Assembly: GCA_040005235.1 (NCBI GenBank)
Contig: JBDTZG010000017.1
Coordinates: 1-64,000 of the forward strand
DNA: 64,000 bases
Direction of reading: 5' to 3'
Source: Acidobacteriota bacterium
GTDB taxonomy: Bacteria; Acidobacteriota; Thermoanaerobaculia; Multivoradales; UBA5704
The notes under the pieces were generated by a model. The model was not told the DNA's origin. It worked only from the letters and a program-made list of their open reading frames with translations, and did not search any database. Positions 22,072-33,648 of the stretch are shown in pieces. The number at the start of each line of letters is the position of its first letter. Positions within the stretch are counted from its first letter, which is position 1. A program made the translations under genes and the position numbers.

Positions 22072-23085
22072 TCAGGCGCTGCCCGTCGGCGCTTCCGGGT
22101 GATGCACGCTCACCCGACCGCGGCCGGCGCGTTTGGAATCGAACAGCGCCGCGTCCGCCGCCTCGAACAGTTGGTTCGGCGAGCGCATCGAAGGATCGAG
22201 GCCGGAGACACCGAACGAGCAAGAGACCTCGATCTTGTAGTCCTCGTAGCGGTAGTCCAACTCCAGCACCCGCTCACACAGCTTGCTGGCGAGCGTCTCG
22301 GCACCTTCGAGCTCGGTCTCGGGCGCGAGGATCGCGAACTCGTCGCCCCCCACTCGGGCGAAGATCTGCTCCGGCCGCACCACCTCGCGCACCAGGCTCG
22401 CGAGCTGCTTGAGCACGAAGTCGCCGCACAGGTGGCCGTAGGTGTCGTTGACCTGCTTGAACTCGTCGATGTCGAACGCGATCAGCGACAACGGCCGGCG
22501 ATGGCGCAACGCACGGGCGAACTCGCGTTGCAGCTCTTCCTCGTACTTCCGCTTGTTGTAGATCTCGGTCAGCCCGTCGCGCATCACCAAGTCGTAGATC
22601 GCCTCGTGGTAGGCGTGCTCCGGGTCGCGCTCGTGGAGGAACTTGAAATGGACGGCCGCGGTCTGGAATCGGTCGCCGCTTTGAAGCGCGGCCTGGCCGT
22701 TGATCCGCCGGCCGTTGACGTAGGTGCCGTTGGTGCTTCCCAGGTCCTCGATCGTCACCCGGTGGCCGAAATAGCGCAGCCGGGCGTGGGTGCGCGAGAT
22801 CGACAGCACCTCGGGCAGGCTGATGCCGGTGGCGGCGCTGCGACCGATTTCGAGCGTGGTGCCGGGAGAGAGGCGGAACCGCGAGCCAAGCCGCTGGTTT
22901 TCCGGATGGGCGATCAGGATGATGCCGGCTTCGACCTCGACCGCAGCGGCCTCCGGCTCCATGCCGCGCGAAGAGGTGCTGATCGACGCCGTCAAGCCGC
23001 TTTCGGAAAACGGCGTCAGGTCGATGTTGTCGGTATCCGCATCGCGCACGGCACCGAACGAGCCCGAATTGCGGGAAGAGGTCAT
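22072..23085 (-). CDS. FHA-domain diguanylate cyclase
   Basis: FHA motifs IGRS, SISRTHA, DLGSTNGTYVNG; DGLT, DIDEFKQVNDTYGHLCGD and an intact GGDEF. Confidence 0.92.
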   Translation of the reverse strand: MTSSRNSGSFGAVRDADTDNIDLTPFSESGLTASISTSSRGMEPEAAAVEVEAGIILIAHPENQRLGSRFRLSPGTTLEIGRSAATGISLPEVLSISRTHARLRYFGHRVTIEDLGSTNGTYVNGRRINGQAALQSGDRFQTAAVHFKFLHERDPEHAYHEAIYDLVMRDGLTEIYNKRKYEEELQREFARALRHRRPLSLIAFDIDEFKQVNDTYGHLCGDFVLKQLASLVREVVRPEQIFARVGGDEFAILAPETELEGAETLASKLCERVLELDYRYEDYKIEVSCSFGVSGLDPSMRSPNQLFEAADAALFDSKRAGRGRVSVHHPEAPTGSA

Positions 23086-23298
23086 AGCGGAATGTCGCAG
23101 CTTTATCGCCGGTACCGACCCATCGGGACGACTGAACTTCGTGGAAGGCTAGCATCCGAGGGAGGAGGGCGTCAACGCGCGTCCCGGAGCCCCATCGAGT
23201 GGATCGGGCGGATTGGGCGGCGCCCCACGCGCTCCCCCAAGGGGTACAATCCAGGGCTCTCAGGCCAAGCGCTCCCCGCTGAAAGGAATCGTCCCCTC

Positions 23299-24693
23299 AT
23301 GGTCTACCCGTGCGCCTCGCGCCCTGCTCGTTTTCGCATCCTATTTTCCTTGTTCGTCGGCTTTGTACTTCTGGGGCTCTCTTCGGCCGTCGCGGGAAAC
23401 GTCACCTCGGCCAGCCTATCGATCACCAAGACCGACGACGTCGACCCGGTGGCGCTTGCCGGCACGCTCGTCTACACGATCCAGGTTTCGAACGAAGGGC
23501 CGAGCGATGCGCTCGACGTCGAGATGAACGACACCCTGCCGGCAGGCGCGAGCTTCCTGGCACTCGCATCCCCTCCGGGTTGGAGCTGCACGACCCCCGC
23601 GATGGGTGCCACCGGTGCGGTCGCCTGTTCGATCGCGACGTTCCCGCCGGGAACCGCGTCCTTTTCTCTCTCGGTCCGGGCGGACGCCGGCCCGCTCCTG
23701 ATCAACACCGCGACCACGATCTCGACCACGCCCGACCCCGATTCCAAGGACAACAGCGCCGAGCAGACGACGACGGTCGGCACAGTCTCCCCCAGTCTGT
23801 CCATCACGGTCACCGACAGCCCCGACCCGGTCGCCGCCGGGGCCGACGTGACCTACACGGTGACCGCGACCACCGCGCTCGACGACAACCAGAACGTGGC
23901 GCTCCGCTTCGTCGTTCCGGCCAACGCCGGCTTCCAGTCGCTGATTCCCCCGTCCGGGGTGGAGTGGACATGCACTTCGCCTGCGGTCGGCGCGAGCGGT
24001 CTGGTCGAATGCCTCCGGGATTCCTGGACCCCCGGAAGCGCGGTGCTCGCCGTCACCGTGCAAGCCGACCCGGACCTTTCGCCCGGTTCGATGATCGACG
24101 GCACCGGCTCGATCGAGCTCGAAACCTCCGGCCGCCCGGTGGTCGCCTCCGCCACCGAGCCGACCGCCGTCATCTCCCCCGCCACCCTCTCCGTCACCAA
24201 ATCGGTTTCCGGAACCTTCGAGCCCGGCTCGTTCGCCACCTACACGATCGTGATCACCAACCAGGGACCTGCCACCCAATTCGACAACCCCGGTCCGGAG
24301 CTGACCGATCCGCTCTCTTTCGACTTCGCCCCGGTCTCCGTCTCGTCGACCTCCGGCACGGCGACCGCAAGCAACTTCCTCAATTGGGACGGCTCAATCC
24401 CGCCGGGCGGCACGGTCACGATCACCCTGCTCGTCCAGCTGAGCAGCCTTCTCACCCCAGGCGCCACCGTCTCGAACCAGGCAACCGCCATCTACGACGC
24501 GGACGGCAACGGCACGAACGAGTCGTTCGCCCCGTCCGACGACCCGTCCACGGCGACCGCAGGCGATCAAACGGTCTTTCAGGTGGTGGGTGCGCCCGCC
24601 GTGACGGAGATCCCGACGTTGGGCGGAATCGGACTCGCGGCGCTCGCGGTGCTGATGGGGTTGGCGGCGGTGGGGGTGCTGGTTAAGCGGTAG
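23299..24693 (+). CDS. Secreted DUF11-repeat surface protein with an IPTL-CTERM sorting signal
   Basis: Signal peptide; three LSITKTD/DSPDPV..YTI-type repeats; C-terminal EIPTLGG + hydrophobic helix + KR. Confidence 0.85.
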   Translation: MVYPCASRPARFRILFSLFVGFVLLGLSSAVAGNVTSASLSITKTDDVDPVALAGTLVYTIQVSNEGPSDALDVEMNDTLPAGASFLALASPPGWSCTTPAMGATGAVACSIATFPPGTASFSLSVRADAGPLLINTATTISTTPDPDSKDNSAEQTTTVGTVSPSLSITVTDSPDPVAAGADVTYTVTATTALDDNQNVALRFVVPANAGFQSLIPPSGVEWTCTSPAVGASGLVECLRDSWTPGSAVLAVTVQADPDLSPGSMIDGTGSIELETSGRPVVASATEPTAVISPATLSVTKSVSGTFEPGSFATYTIVITNQGPATQFDNPGPELTDPLSFDFAPVSVSSTSGTATASNFLNWDGSIPPGGTVTITLLVQLSSLLTPGATVSNQATAIYDADGNGTNESFAPSDDPSTATAGDQTVFQVVGAPAVTEIPTLGGIGLAALAVLMGLAAVGVLVKR

Positions 24694-24768
24694 GCGATCC
24701 GTTCCGTTTGTTCCGGATTGACGAGGAATCCCGGGATCCGTACTCTTCATCTCTGAGGGAACATTACG

Positions 24769-25002
24769 ATGACGACCGGAATCCTTCTCGAAATGGATAG
24801 CGCCGTGGTCGAGGCTGCTCGGGCCTTGGCCAGCCAGAAAGGTGTTTCTCTGGACCAGCTTCTCAGCGAGACCCTAAAAGATCTGGTTGGGACGAAACCG
24901 GGCTATGACACAGCAAAGGCGCGCGCGCTAGACCGGTTGAAGCACGGGTACGACCTCAACTGGACGCCTCCCGGCTCCCGCGACGAGCTGCATGACCGAT
25001 AG
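24769..25002 (+). CDS. Putative antitoxin (ribbon-helix-helix type)
   Basis: 77 aa; ARALASQKGVSLDQLL and SRDELHDR tail typical of VapC-linked antitoxins; overlaps the toxin gene. Confidence 0.75.
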   Translation: MTTGILLEMDSAVVEAARALASQKGVSLDQLLSETLKDLVGTKPGYDTAKARALDRLKHGYDLNWTPPGSRDELHDR

Positions 25003-25411
25003 ATGCTTCTTGGACACCAATGTCCTGGTCTATGCGCACGACCGGGGATGTGGAGAGAAGCACGAGCGGGCCAAGGGTCTCGTTGAGCGGCTCTGGGACG
25101 AAGGGACTGGTGTCTTGAGCACCCAGGTCCTCCAAGAGTTCTATGTCAACATTTGCCGTAAGGCCAAGAGCCCGGTTTCCCCCGATGAGGCGGCACGGAT
25201 CGTCAGGGATTATTTGAACTGGGAAGTGGTGGTCAATTCCGGAGAATCCATTCTCCAAGCGTTTCTTGTCGAGAGCCGATTCAAGATCTCTTTCTGGGAC
25301 GCCTTGATCATTCAGGCCGCGACCTCAGCCGGTGTTCCTACGTTGTATTCCGAGGATTTGAGCCACGATCAAGAATATGGGCTCGTGCGCGTAGTGAATC
25401 CGCTGCTCTGA
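24992..25411 (+). CDS. vapC: PIN-domain toxin (VapC)
   Basis: FLDTNVLVY, STQVLQEF, SFWDALI, LYSED, VNP. Confidence 0.92.
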   Translation: MTDRCFLDTNVLVYAHDRGCGEKHERAKGLVERLWDEGTGVLSTQVLQEFYVNICRKAKSPVSPDEAARIVRDYLNWEVVVNSGESILQAFLVESRFKISFWDALIIQAATSAGVPTLYSEDLSHDQEYGLVRVVNPLL

Positions 25412-25422
25412 AGGCCAACTCC

Positions 25423-25815
25423 TTACAGCGTCACCACCGCCCCCGCCTCGCGAATCCTCTGAGCGAAACTCTGCCAGCCCAGGATCGCATCGACTTCCGC
25501 CTGCACCGCCGCCAGCTCCAGCCCGAGAAATCGGGCCGAGGCGCTGCAAGCGAAGAGGCGGAGCGCGCCGCTCTCGCGACCTTCGGCGAGCATTGAGGAT
25601 AGCGGCGGCAGGTCGAGCGCTTCAAGGCGGTCGGCGGTCACCGGCGGCGCGGGGTCTAGATCGTCCCAGCGACCGCGAACCCAGGCGTCGAGGGCGCCGA
25701 AGAAGAGGGCGATCTCTACCGTTTCTCCCGCCGCCACGGTGCTTGCGGCAAGCGAAGAGATCTGGAAACGCAGATCCCAAGTGCCCCCGTGGGCGAGGAT
25801 GAACAGGTCGGGCAT
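25423..25815 (-). CDS. DsrE/DsrF-like family protein
   Basis: 130 aa; V-x-LFFGAL and LFACSAS with the single Cys typical of the DsrEFH-like fold. Confidence 0.65.
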   Translation of the reverse strand: MPDLFILAHGGTWDLRFQISSLAASTVAAGETVEIALFFGALDAWVRGRWDDLDPAPPVTADRLEALDLPPLSSMLAEGRESGALRLFACSASARFLGLELAAVQAEVDAILGWQSFAQRIREAGAVVTL

Positions 25816-25975
25816 CGGGGATCACTCTACCAGCGACAAGCGCAAACCCTCTCTTTCGCAGCCGACCTAATACCGCTCCAACGATCCGTCGTCAGGCCTC
25901 TCTAGAACCCCGGCTCAACCCCGAGCGACCGAATCGGTCGGCCGCGCGGGATCGGGGAGAAATGAGAGGAAGAAC

Positions 25976-28900
25976 ATGTCGTCTTCACGCGTCGTTCCCC
26001 GTTGGATTTCTCGCGCTGTCCCGCTCGTGGCGCTGATTTCGATCTTCTCCGTCGGCGCCCGAGCGAACGCTCAGGCCATGGTCCAAAACGATGCGCTCTC
26101 GGCCGACAGCTTCGCCGACCCGCGTCTCGAGGTGTCGTACCAGAGCGATCGAATGGAAAACACTTCGGCACCGCTGGCCCCCGAAGTCGAGCGCGGTTGG
26201 AACTCGTTCCGCCAGGCCGTCGGCGCGGAGAAAGCCGGCGAGTGGGTCGGTTGGGTGGACCGCCGCACCGGACGCCTCGACTACGCCGAAGGCCCTGGGC
26301 TTCCTTGGCTCCCCGGCTTCGGCAACCGCCTTGCGACCCAAGATCTGGTGAACCGCTTCGGCGTGAATGCCAAGTCCGATCTCTCCACTTTGGAAAAGAT
26401 CGCCCGAGATTTCCTGACGCCGCTCAGCGGCGCCCTCGGTATCAATCCTAAGGACCTGGTGCTATCGACGGGTCGTTCGGGGCGTCAGTCGGACTTCCTG
26501 TGGTTCCTCGACTTCGACGTAATCCGTGGCGGCCTTCCCGTGGACGGAGCGCGGGTTTTCTTTCGGATCAACAACGGCAACCTGATCCAGTTCGGCAGCG
26601 AGGGCCTTGCGTCGCCGGGGATCGAGACTCCCACCGCGAGGCTCGATCGTTCCCACGCCCTGGCCATCGCCACCGCCGCCTTTGGCAAGAACGCTCCGGC
26701 CGCTCGGGTCGTCGACTCGAAACTCCAGCTGGTGCAGTTCGCCCTCGACCTGCCGGGCCGAGCGGGCCAGTTCGATGCCGGCCGGGGAGTCCGTTGGACT
26801 CCCGTCTGGGAGATTACCGTGGAACGGGTCGGCGGCGCGCCGTGGCTCGCCCGCATCGACGCGGTCTCCGGCGAGGTGATGATCCTGCGAGACCTGCGCG
26901 AATTCGCGGCCGCGCAGGTGCATGGCGGTGTCCGAGCCGACGCGACGGTCGGCGAAACCGATCTGCCGATGCCGTTCGCGGACGTGGCTCCCGGAGCCAC
27001 CAATTCCGCGGGCCTCTATGACTACCAAGGCGGCGCGATCTCGTCGACTCTCGCCGGCACCTTCGTCACGATCAAAGATCTCAACTGCGGCACGATTTCG
27101 CAGAGCGCCGACGCCTCCGGCAACATCGATTTCCTGAGCAATACCGGCACCGACTGCACAACGCCGGGCTCCGGCGGAACCGGCAACACGGCCTCGGCAC
27201 GCACCCAGTTCTATTGGGTCAACCGGATCAAAGAGGTCGGGCGCGGATGGCTGCCGCTCAATTCCTGGCTCGGGCAAAACCTCCAGGTGGAAGTAAACCT
27301 GAACAAAGTCTGCAACGCCTATTGGCATCCGGTCACCAAGGATCTGAACTTCTTCATCTCGGGCATCTTCCCGAACTCGAACATCCCCTGCGGCAACTCG
27401 GGCGAGCTCCCCGGCGTATCGCTGCACGAGTACGGCCACGGGCTCGACCAGTTCGATGGCAGCGGCGGCTCGGACGCGGCGTCTAAAGAGAGCTACGCCG
27501 ACATCACCTCGATTCTCATGACCCATAATTCCTGCACCGGCTCCGGTTTCCTGGTCGACATCCCCTGCTTCGGGTACGGCGATCCCTGCACCTCCTGCTC
27601 CGGAATCCGCGACATCGATTGGGCAAAGCGCGAGAGCAACGTCCCTCATACCGTCGCAAACTACGTCCAGCCGGTCTGCAAGCCCGATCCGGATCTGAGC
27701 GGCGGCCTTTGCGGACGGGAGGAGCACTGCACTTCCTACATCGCCTCCGAATCGATGTGGGATTTGGTCAACCGCGACCTCCCGACCCCCGGCTCGGCGA
27801 AAGCGTGGAACACCGCCGAGAGAATCTGGTACCTGTCGCGGCAGACGGCGACGAACGCCTGGAAATGCGACAAGAGCAATGCGACCTGGGCCTCCGACGG
27901 CTGCACCAACGGCAGCATGTTCCGCGTGCTCCGTGCGGCCGACGACGACGACGGCAACCTGGCGAACGGCACCCCCCACGGCGGCGCGATCTTCGCCGCG
28001 CTCGATCGCCACGAGATTGCCTGCGCCGCCGATGCCGGCGCCAACGTAACGTTCGCCGGCTGCGTGCCGCCGGTCGTCCCGACGCTTACCGTCGCCGCGG
28101 GCGCGAACCAGAATTCGCTCTCCTGGACCAGCTCCGGCGCCGGCAAGGTCTATGACGTCTACCGCAGCGAAGGCGGCTGCGATTCCGGATTTGCCAAGAT
28201 CGCCAACGACGTCGCGGGCCTGGCATTCAACGACCCGAACGTCTCCTCCTCGTCCCAGTACGCCTACCAGGTGGTCGCCCAGCCCTCGGCCAACGAGGCG
28301 TGCGCCGCGGCGCCCACGGTTTGCAAAGTCGTCACCAGCCTTGAAAAGACCGATCTGTGGTCGAAGGACAAGCTGTGGGATACGGGCCTGGAGCCCGACC
28401 CGGCGACCGCCGCCAACAACATGTGGGAAAGCCGCGACATCTGGATTCGCAACGTCGACGACGGCCTGACGTCCCATCAGAATCCCGAGTTCGGCCAGAC
28501 CAACTTTGTCAATGTCCGCTTCTATAACAAAGGCACGGTGAAGGCGAAGAACGTCACGGTGGCGCTCTATTGGGCGAAAGCTTCCGCGGGTCTCGCCTGG
28601 CCGGCCGATTGGCATCCGTTCGGCTCGGCCGTCACTGACATCGACCCGAGCGGCACGGCGACCGTGGTCGTCCCCTGGCTCCCGGCGTTCAAGGGGCACG
28701 TCTGCCTGCTCGCACGCATCCTCTCCGCCCAAGACCCGCTGCCGGCCGAGGTCGCCGACCCGAACGTCAACGTCCGCAAGAGCAACAACCTGGTCTGGAG
28801 AAACGTCAACGTCGTCGATCTGGTCCAGTTCTCGGCCTTCACCGCGACGATGGTGGTCCGCAACTTCGAGTCGGCGACGGCGGTGGTCAAGCTGAGCTTC

Positions 28901-29251
28901 CTCGACCGGCTCGACCCGGGCGTGCTCAATCCGTTCCTCCGTCGCGGCCGGGTCACCGTCGATCTCGGACCCGCGCTGTTCGACCTCTGGCGCCGCGGCG
29001 GCGCGCTCGGCAGCAACGTTGCGATCGTCGGCTCTACGTCGATCCAGATCCTGGGCACCGGCGCCTGGATTCAAATGACGATGAGCCCGCGCCAGGAGTT
29101 CCCGATCGACCTCAACTTCCAGGACACGGCGACCGGCACGCTCCAGACGCGCACCGAGCCGAACGTGTTCGAGGTGCGCCAGACCAACATCCGCAGCGAG
29201 AGGGTGCAGGGCGGCGTGACGTACGAAATCGAGTCTCCCGCGCTGCGGTAA
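25976..29251 (+). CDS. Large secreted zinc metalloprotease (thermolysin/fungalysin-like, M4/M36) with Fn3 and a C-terminal module
   Basis: Signal peptide, FTP/PepSY-like propeptide, CNAYW, LHEYGHG (HExxH), ESYAD third ligand, Cys-rich body. Confidence 0.8.
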   Translation: MSSSRVVPRWISRAVPLVALISIFSVGARANAQAMVQNDALSADSFADPRLEVSYQSDRMENTSAPLAPEVERGWNSFRQAVGAEKAGEWVGWVDRRTGRLDYAEGPGLPWLPGFGNRLATQDLVNRFGVNAKSDLSTLEKIARDFLTPLSGALGINPKDLVLSTGRSGRQSDFLWFLDFDVIRGGLPVDGARVFFRINNGNLIQFGSEGLASPGIETPTARLDRSHALAIATAAFGKNAPAARVVDSKLQLVQFALDLPGRAGQFDAGRGVRWTPVWEITVERVGGAPWLARIDAVSGEVMILRDLREFAAAQVHGGVRADATVGETDLPMPFADVAPGATNSAGLYDYQGGAISSTLAGTFVTIKDLNCGTISQSADASGNIDFLSNTGTDCTTPGSGGTGNTASARTQFYWVNRIKEVGRGWLPLNSWLGQNLQVEVNLNKVCNAYWHPVTKDLNFFISGIFPNSNIPCGNSGELPGVSLHEYGHGLDQFDGSGGSDAASKESYADITSILMTHNSCTGSGFLVDIPCFGYGDPCTSCSGIRDIDWAKRESNVPHTVANYVQPVCKPDPDLSGGLCGREEHCTSYIASESMWDLVNRDLPTPGSAKAWNTAERIWYLSRQTATNAWKCDKSNATWASDGCTNGSMFRVLRAADDDDGNLANGTPHGGAIFAALDRHEIACAADAGANVTFAGCVPPVVPTLTVAAGANQNSLSWTSSGAGKVYDVYRSEGGCDSGFAKIANDVAGLAFNDPNVSSSSQYAYQVVAQPSANEACAAAPTVCKVVTSLEKTDLWSKDKLWDTGLEPDPATAANNMWESRDIWIRNVDDGLTSHQNPEFGQTNFVNVRFYNKGTVKAKNVTVALYWAKASAGLAWPADWHPFGSAVTDIDPSGTATVVVPWLPAFKGHVCLLARILSAQDPLPAEVADPNVNVRKSNNLVWRNVNVVDLVQFSAFTATMVVRNFESATAVVKLSFLDRLDPGVLNPFLRRGRVTVDLGPALFDLWRRGGALGSNVAIVGSTSIQILGTGAWIQMTMSPRQEFPIDLNFQDTATGTLQTRTEPNVFEVRQTNIRSERVQGGVTYEIESPALR

Positions 29252-29273
29252 GTCTCGAAGCACCCTGAATCGC

Positions 29274-29317
29274 AAAACGGCCGGTACGCCTTCGAGGCGC
29301 GCCGGCCGTCTTCGTTT
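29274..29317. terminator. Probable bidirectional intrinsic terminator
   Basis: ACGGCCGG-TACGCC/TTCGA/GGCGCG-CCGGCCGT hairpin, A-run on the left and T-rich on the right, between convergent genes. Confidence 0.65.
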
Positions 29318-29331
29318 CGGGGCAGGGAGAC

Positions 29332-30364
29332 TCAGTGCGCTGCGGCCGGCTCCCCCACCGTCCAGGTGTCGCCCTGGCGCAGCAGGTCTTCGAGCTTTCC
29401 CACCCCCTGTTTGCCGATCGCCTCGTCGATCTGGCCGACCACCCGCTGTTCGTAGGTGGGCGAATCGACGGAGCGGAAGACGCCGAGCGCCGTCGGGAAG
29501 TTCGGCGGCAGCAGCTGGGCGCCCAGGAACGCGGTGGCCGGGTTGTCCAGGTTTTCGTTCCAGACCAGGCATTCGTCGACCGTGTGCTCCGCTCCGAGCT
29601 CGATCACCTCCATCTCGGTGCCGCGCATGCGGATGCCGCGATCCTTGTTCTTGCCGAACACCAGGGGCTTGCCGTGCTCCAGGTAGATCGCCGCGTCGTC
29701 GCGGACGTCCCGATCCGTCATGTAGTCGAAAGCCTTGTCATTGAAAATGTTGCAGTTCTGGTAGATCTCGACGAACGCCGTCCCCTTATGCGCGGCGGCG
29801 CGGCGCAGTATTTCCTTCTGGTGCGGCAGGTAGATGTCGACCGTCCGCGCGACGAACGTCGCCCCCGCTCCGAGCGCCAGCGACAGCGGATTGAACGGAT
29901 AGTCGGCCGAGCCCGCGGGGGTCGATTTGGTCCGCTTGCCCAGCTCGCTGGTGGGCGAATACTGCCCCTTGGTGAGGCCGTAGATCCGGTTGTTGAACAT
30001 CAAGATCTTGACCCCGACGTTCCGCCGCAGCGTGTGGATCAAATGGTTGCCGCCTATCGACAGCGCGTCGCCGTCGCCGGTCGCGATCCAGACTTCCAGC
30101 TCCGGCCGCGAGAGCTTCAATCCCGTGGCGACCGCGGGAGCCCGGCCGTGGATGGTGTGAAAGCCGAACGTGTTCATGTAATACGGAAAACGCGACGAGC
30201 AGCCGATGCCGGAGACCACGACGAACTTCTCGCGCGGGATGCCCAGCTCGGGAAACACCTGCTGCACGGCGTTCAACACCGCGTAATCGCCGCAGCCGGG
30301 GCACCAGCGCACCTCCTGGTCGGTCTGGAAATCCTTGCGGGTGAGAACCGGGGCTACAGGTGCC

Positions 30365-30372
<8 letters not shown>
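29332..30372 (-). CDS. 2-oxoacid:ferredoxin oxidoreductase beta subunit
   Basis: WCPGCGD, SGIGCSSR, HGR, GDGD...NN (TPP-binding), YGLTKGQ. Confidence 0.95.
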
Positions 30373-32266
<1,894 letters not shown>

Positions 32267-32374
32267 CGGGCTCTAGCCTCCCCGTTGGATGACCTCACGG
32301 ATCACGAAAGGGAGGTTAGCACGGGCGAAAGGGTGGGTCCTCACCCGAACGGGCGGGACCCTCAATTCACCCCT

Positions 32375-33025
32375 CTACCAGCGGCACTGATGGAGATCGT
32401 CGGCAGCATCGACGGTCACGGTGTCGTTGCCGATCCCGCAATCGACCCGTTCGGCCGCGCCGTCCTTGGCGTCGATGGTGTCTCGACCGGCCGCGCCGTT
32501 GAAGCTGTCGACGCCGGGGCCGCCGGTCAGATGATCGTCTCCGGCTCCCCCTTGGAGGATGTCGTTGCCCCCTTTGCCGTCGATCGTGTCGTTGCCCAGC
32601 TCGCCGTCCAGCGTGTCGCGCTCTTCGCCGCCCAAAAGGACGTCGTCGCCCGATCCACCTTTGACGAACATCGGAATCGCGACACCTCCATTGTCAACAG
32701 GGCTGTCCTGGCTCACCCTGTCGTTCTTGTCTTTCAGGTCGAGAGAGATCGAGAGCGGAAGCGGCTCGCAGATGGCAGTGCCCTGAAAGATCCGGCAGCC
32801 CGGGCCGCCGAGCAGCGACGCCGTGCTGTCCTTCACGGAGAAGCCGACGATGGCTGGGCCACCCTGCGGATCGAACACACTACCCCGCGGATCGACCACG
32901 ATCGTGTTGACCTCGTTGTTGCCCGCCGTGTAGACCGCGACCCCGTTGACCATCTTGATCGAGCCCGCGTGGGTCGGAACGGCGAGAACAAAGCCTAAAA
33001 GGACGAAGGGGTACCTGAGTTTCAT
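32375..33025 (-). CDS. Small secreted protein with hemolysin-type calcium-binding (RTX-like) repeats
   Basis: Signal peptide; repeats such as GGSGDDVLL, GELGNDTID, GKGGNDILQ, GGAGDDHLT; GGAGG RBS. Confidence 0.82.
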   Translation of the reverse strand: MKLRYPFVLLGFVLAVPTHAGSIKMVNGVAVYTAGNNEVNTIVVDPRGSVFDPQGGPAIVGFSVKDSTASLLGGPGCRIFQGTAICEPLPLSISLDLKDKNDRVSQDSPVDNGGVAIPMFVKGGSGDDVLLGGEERDTLDGELGNDTIDGKGGNDILQGGAGDDHLTGGPGVDSFNGAAGRDTIDAKDGAAERVDCGIGNDTVTVDAADDLHQCRW

Positions 33026-33207
33026 CGGCCACCTCCCGCTGGAATGCGGAGAAAGAGATCCTGGATAAATCGCGGCGGACTCGCCGCGGTTTGGAATGCC
33101 AGAATCGTAGCCGGGGCTCTGGGATCTTCCCTCTGCCGAAAGGCCGGACTTTGACCCACCGAAAGTCAGGGGGGATTGAAGAGAAGCCGAATCACCGGGT
33201 GTGCTCG

Positions 33208-33295
33208 TCCTGGGAGCGCCGCCGTCTCGGCGGCGGTCGAAGCGCCGGACCTCCCCACCTCGTCATCGCCGGCGAGGACGCCGGCGGTCCCAGGA
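33208..33295. repeat. REP-like inverted doublet
   Basis: TCCTGGGAGCGCCGCCGTCTCGGCGGC at 33208 and an inverted near-copy ending ...GCCGGCGAGGACGCCGGCGGTCCCAGGA at 33295; each half contains its own small hairpin. Confidence 0.6.
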
Positions 33296-33357
33296 GAAGC
33301 ACATCCGAAGGCGGTGGAGAGCGATGACCCCGATCGCCTGCCTCCCCCGATCCCGGA

Positions 33358-33630
33358 GCGGATTCTTGTGCGCCTACCGCGGATTCTTGTGCGACTTTCG
33401 TCAGTGGGCTCGTTACCAACGTTGATGGGCTCGATCCCAACGGCGATGGGCTCGTCCCCAACGCGGATTCTTGTGCGCCCTCCGGAGATCTTTGTGCGCC
33501 TTTCGACGTTGGGCTCGTTCCCATCGCCGTTGGGCTCGATCCCGCCGGGTTTCCCCTCGTTCCCGACGCGGATTCTTGTGCGCCCAGCGGAGATTCTTGT
33601 GCGACTTTCGGCGGTACCCCAGATCCCCAC
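33358..33630. repeat. Degenerate 21-bp tandem array with a 105-bp higher-order period
   Basis: 13 units of 21 nt; type A (GCGGATTCTTGTGCG...) and type B (...TGGGCTCGnTCCC...) ordered AABBB AABBB AA plus one decayed unit. Confidence 0.85.
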
Positions 33631-33648
33631 GGCGATTCCGGCCCGCCT

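Noticed and set aside
21952-23298. N-terminal extension of the 913-aa ORF
   Set aside because: Antisense to the FHA-GGDEF gene; the real DUF11 protein starts at 23299 with a signal peptide.
33358-33630. CRISPR array or confident CDS
   Set aside because: No unique spacers; ORFs exist on both strands simply because the unit is a multiple of 3, with no RBS or domain support.
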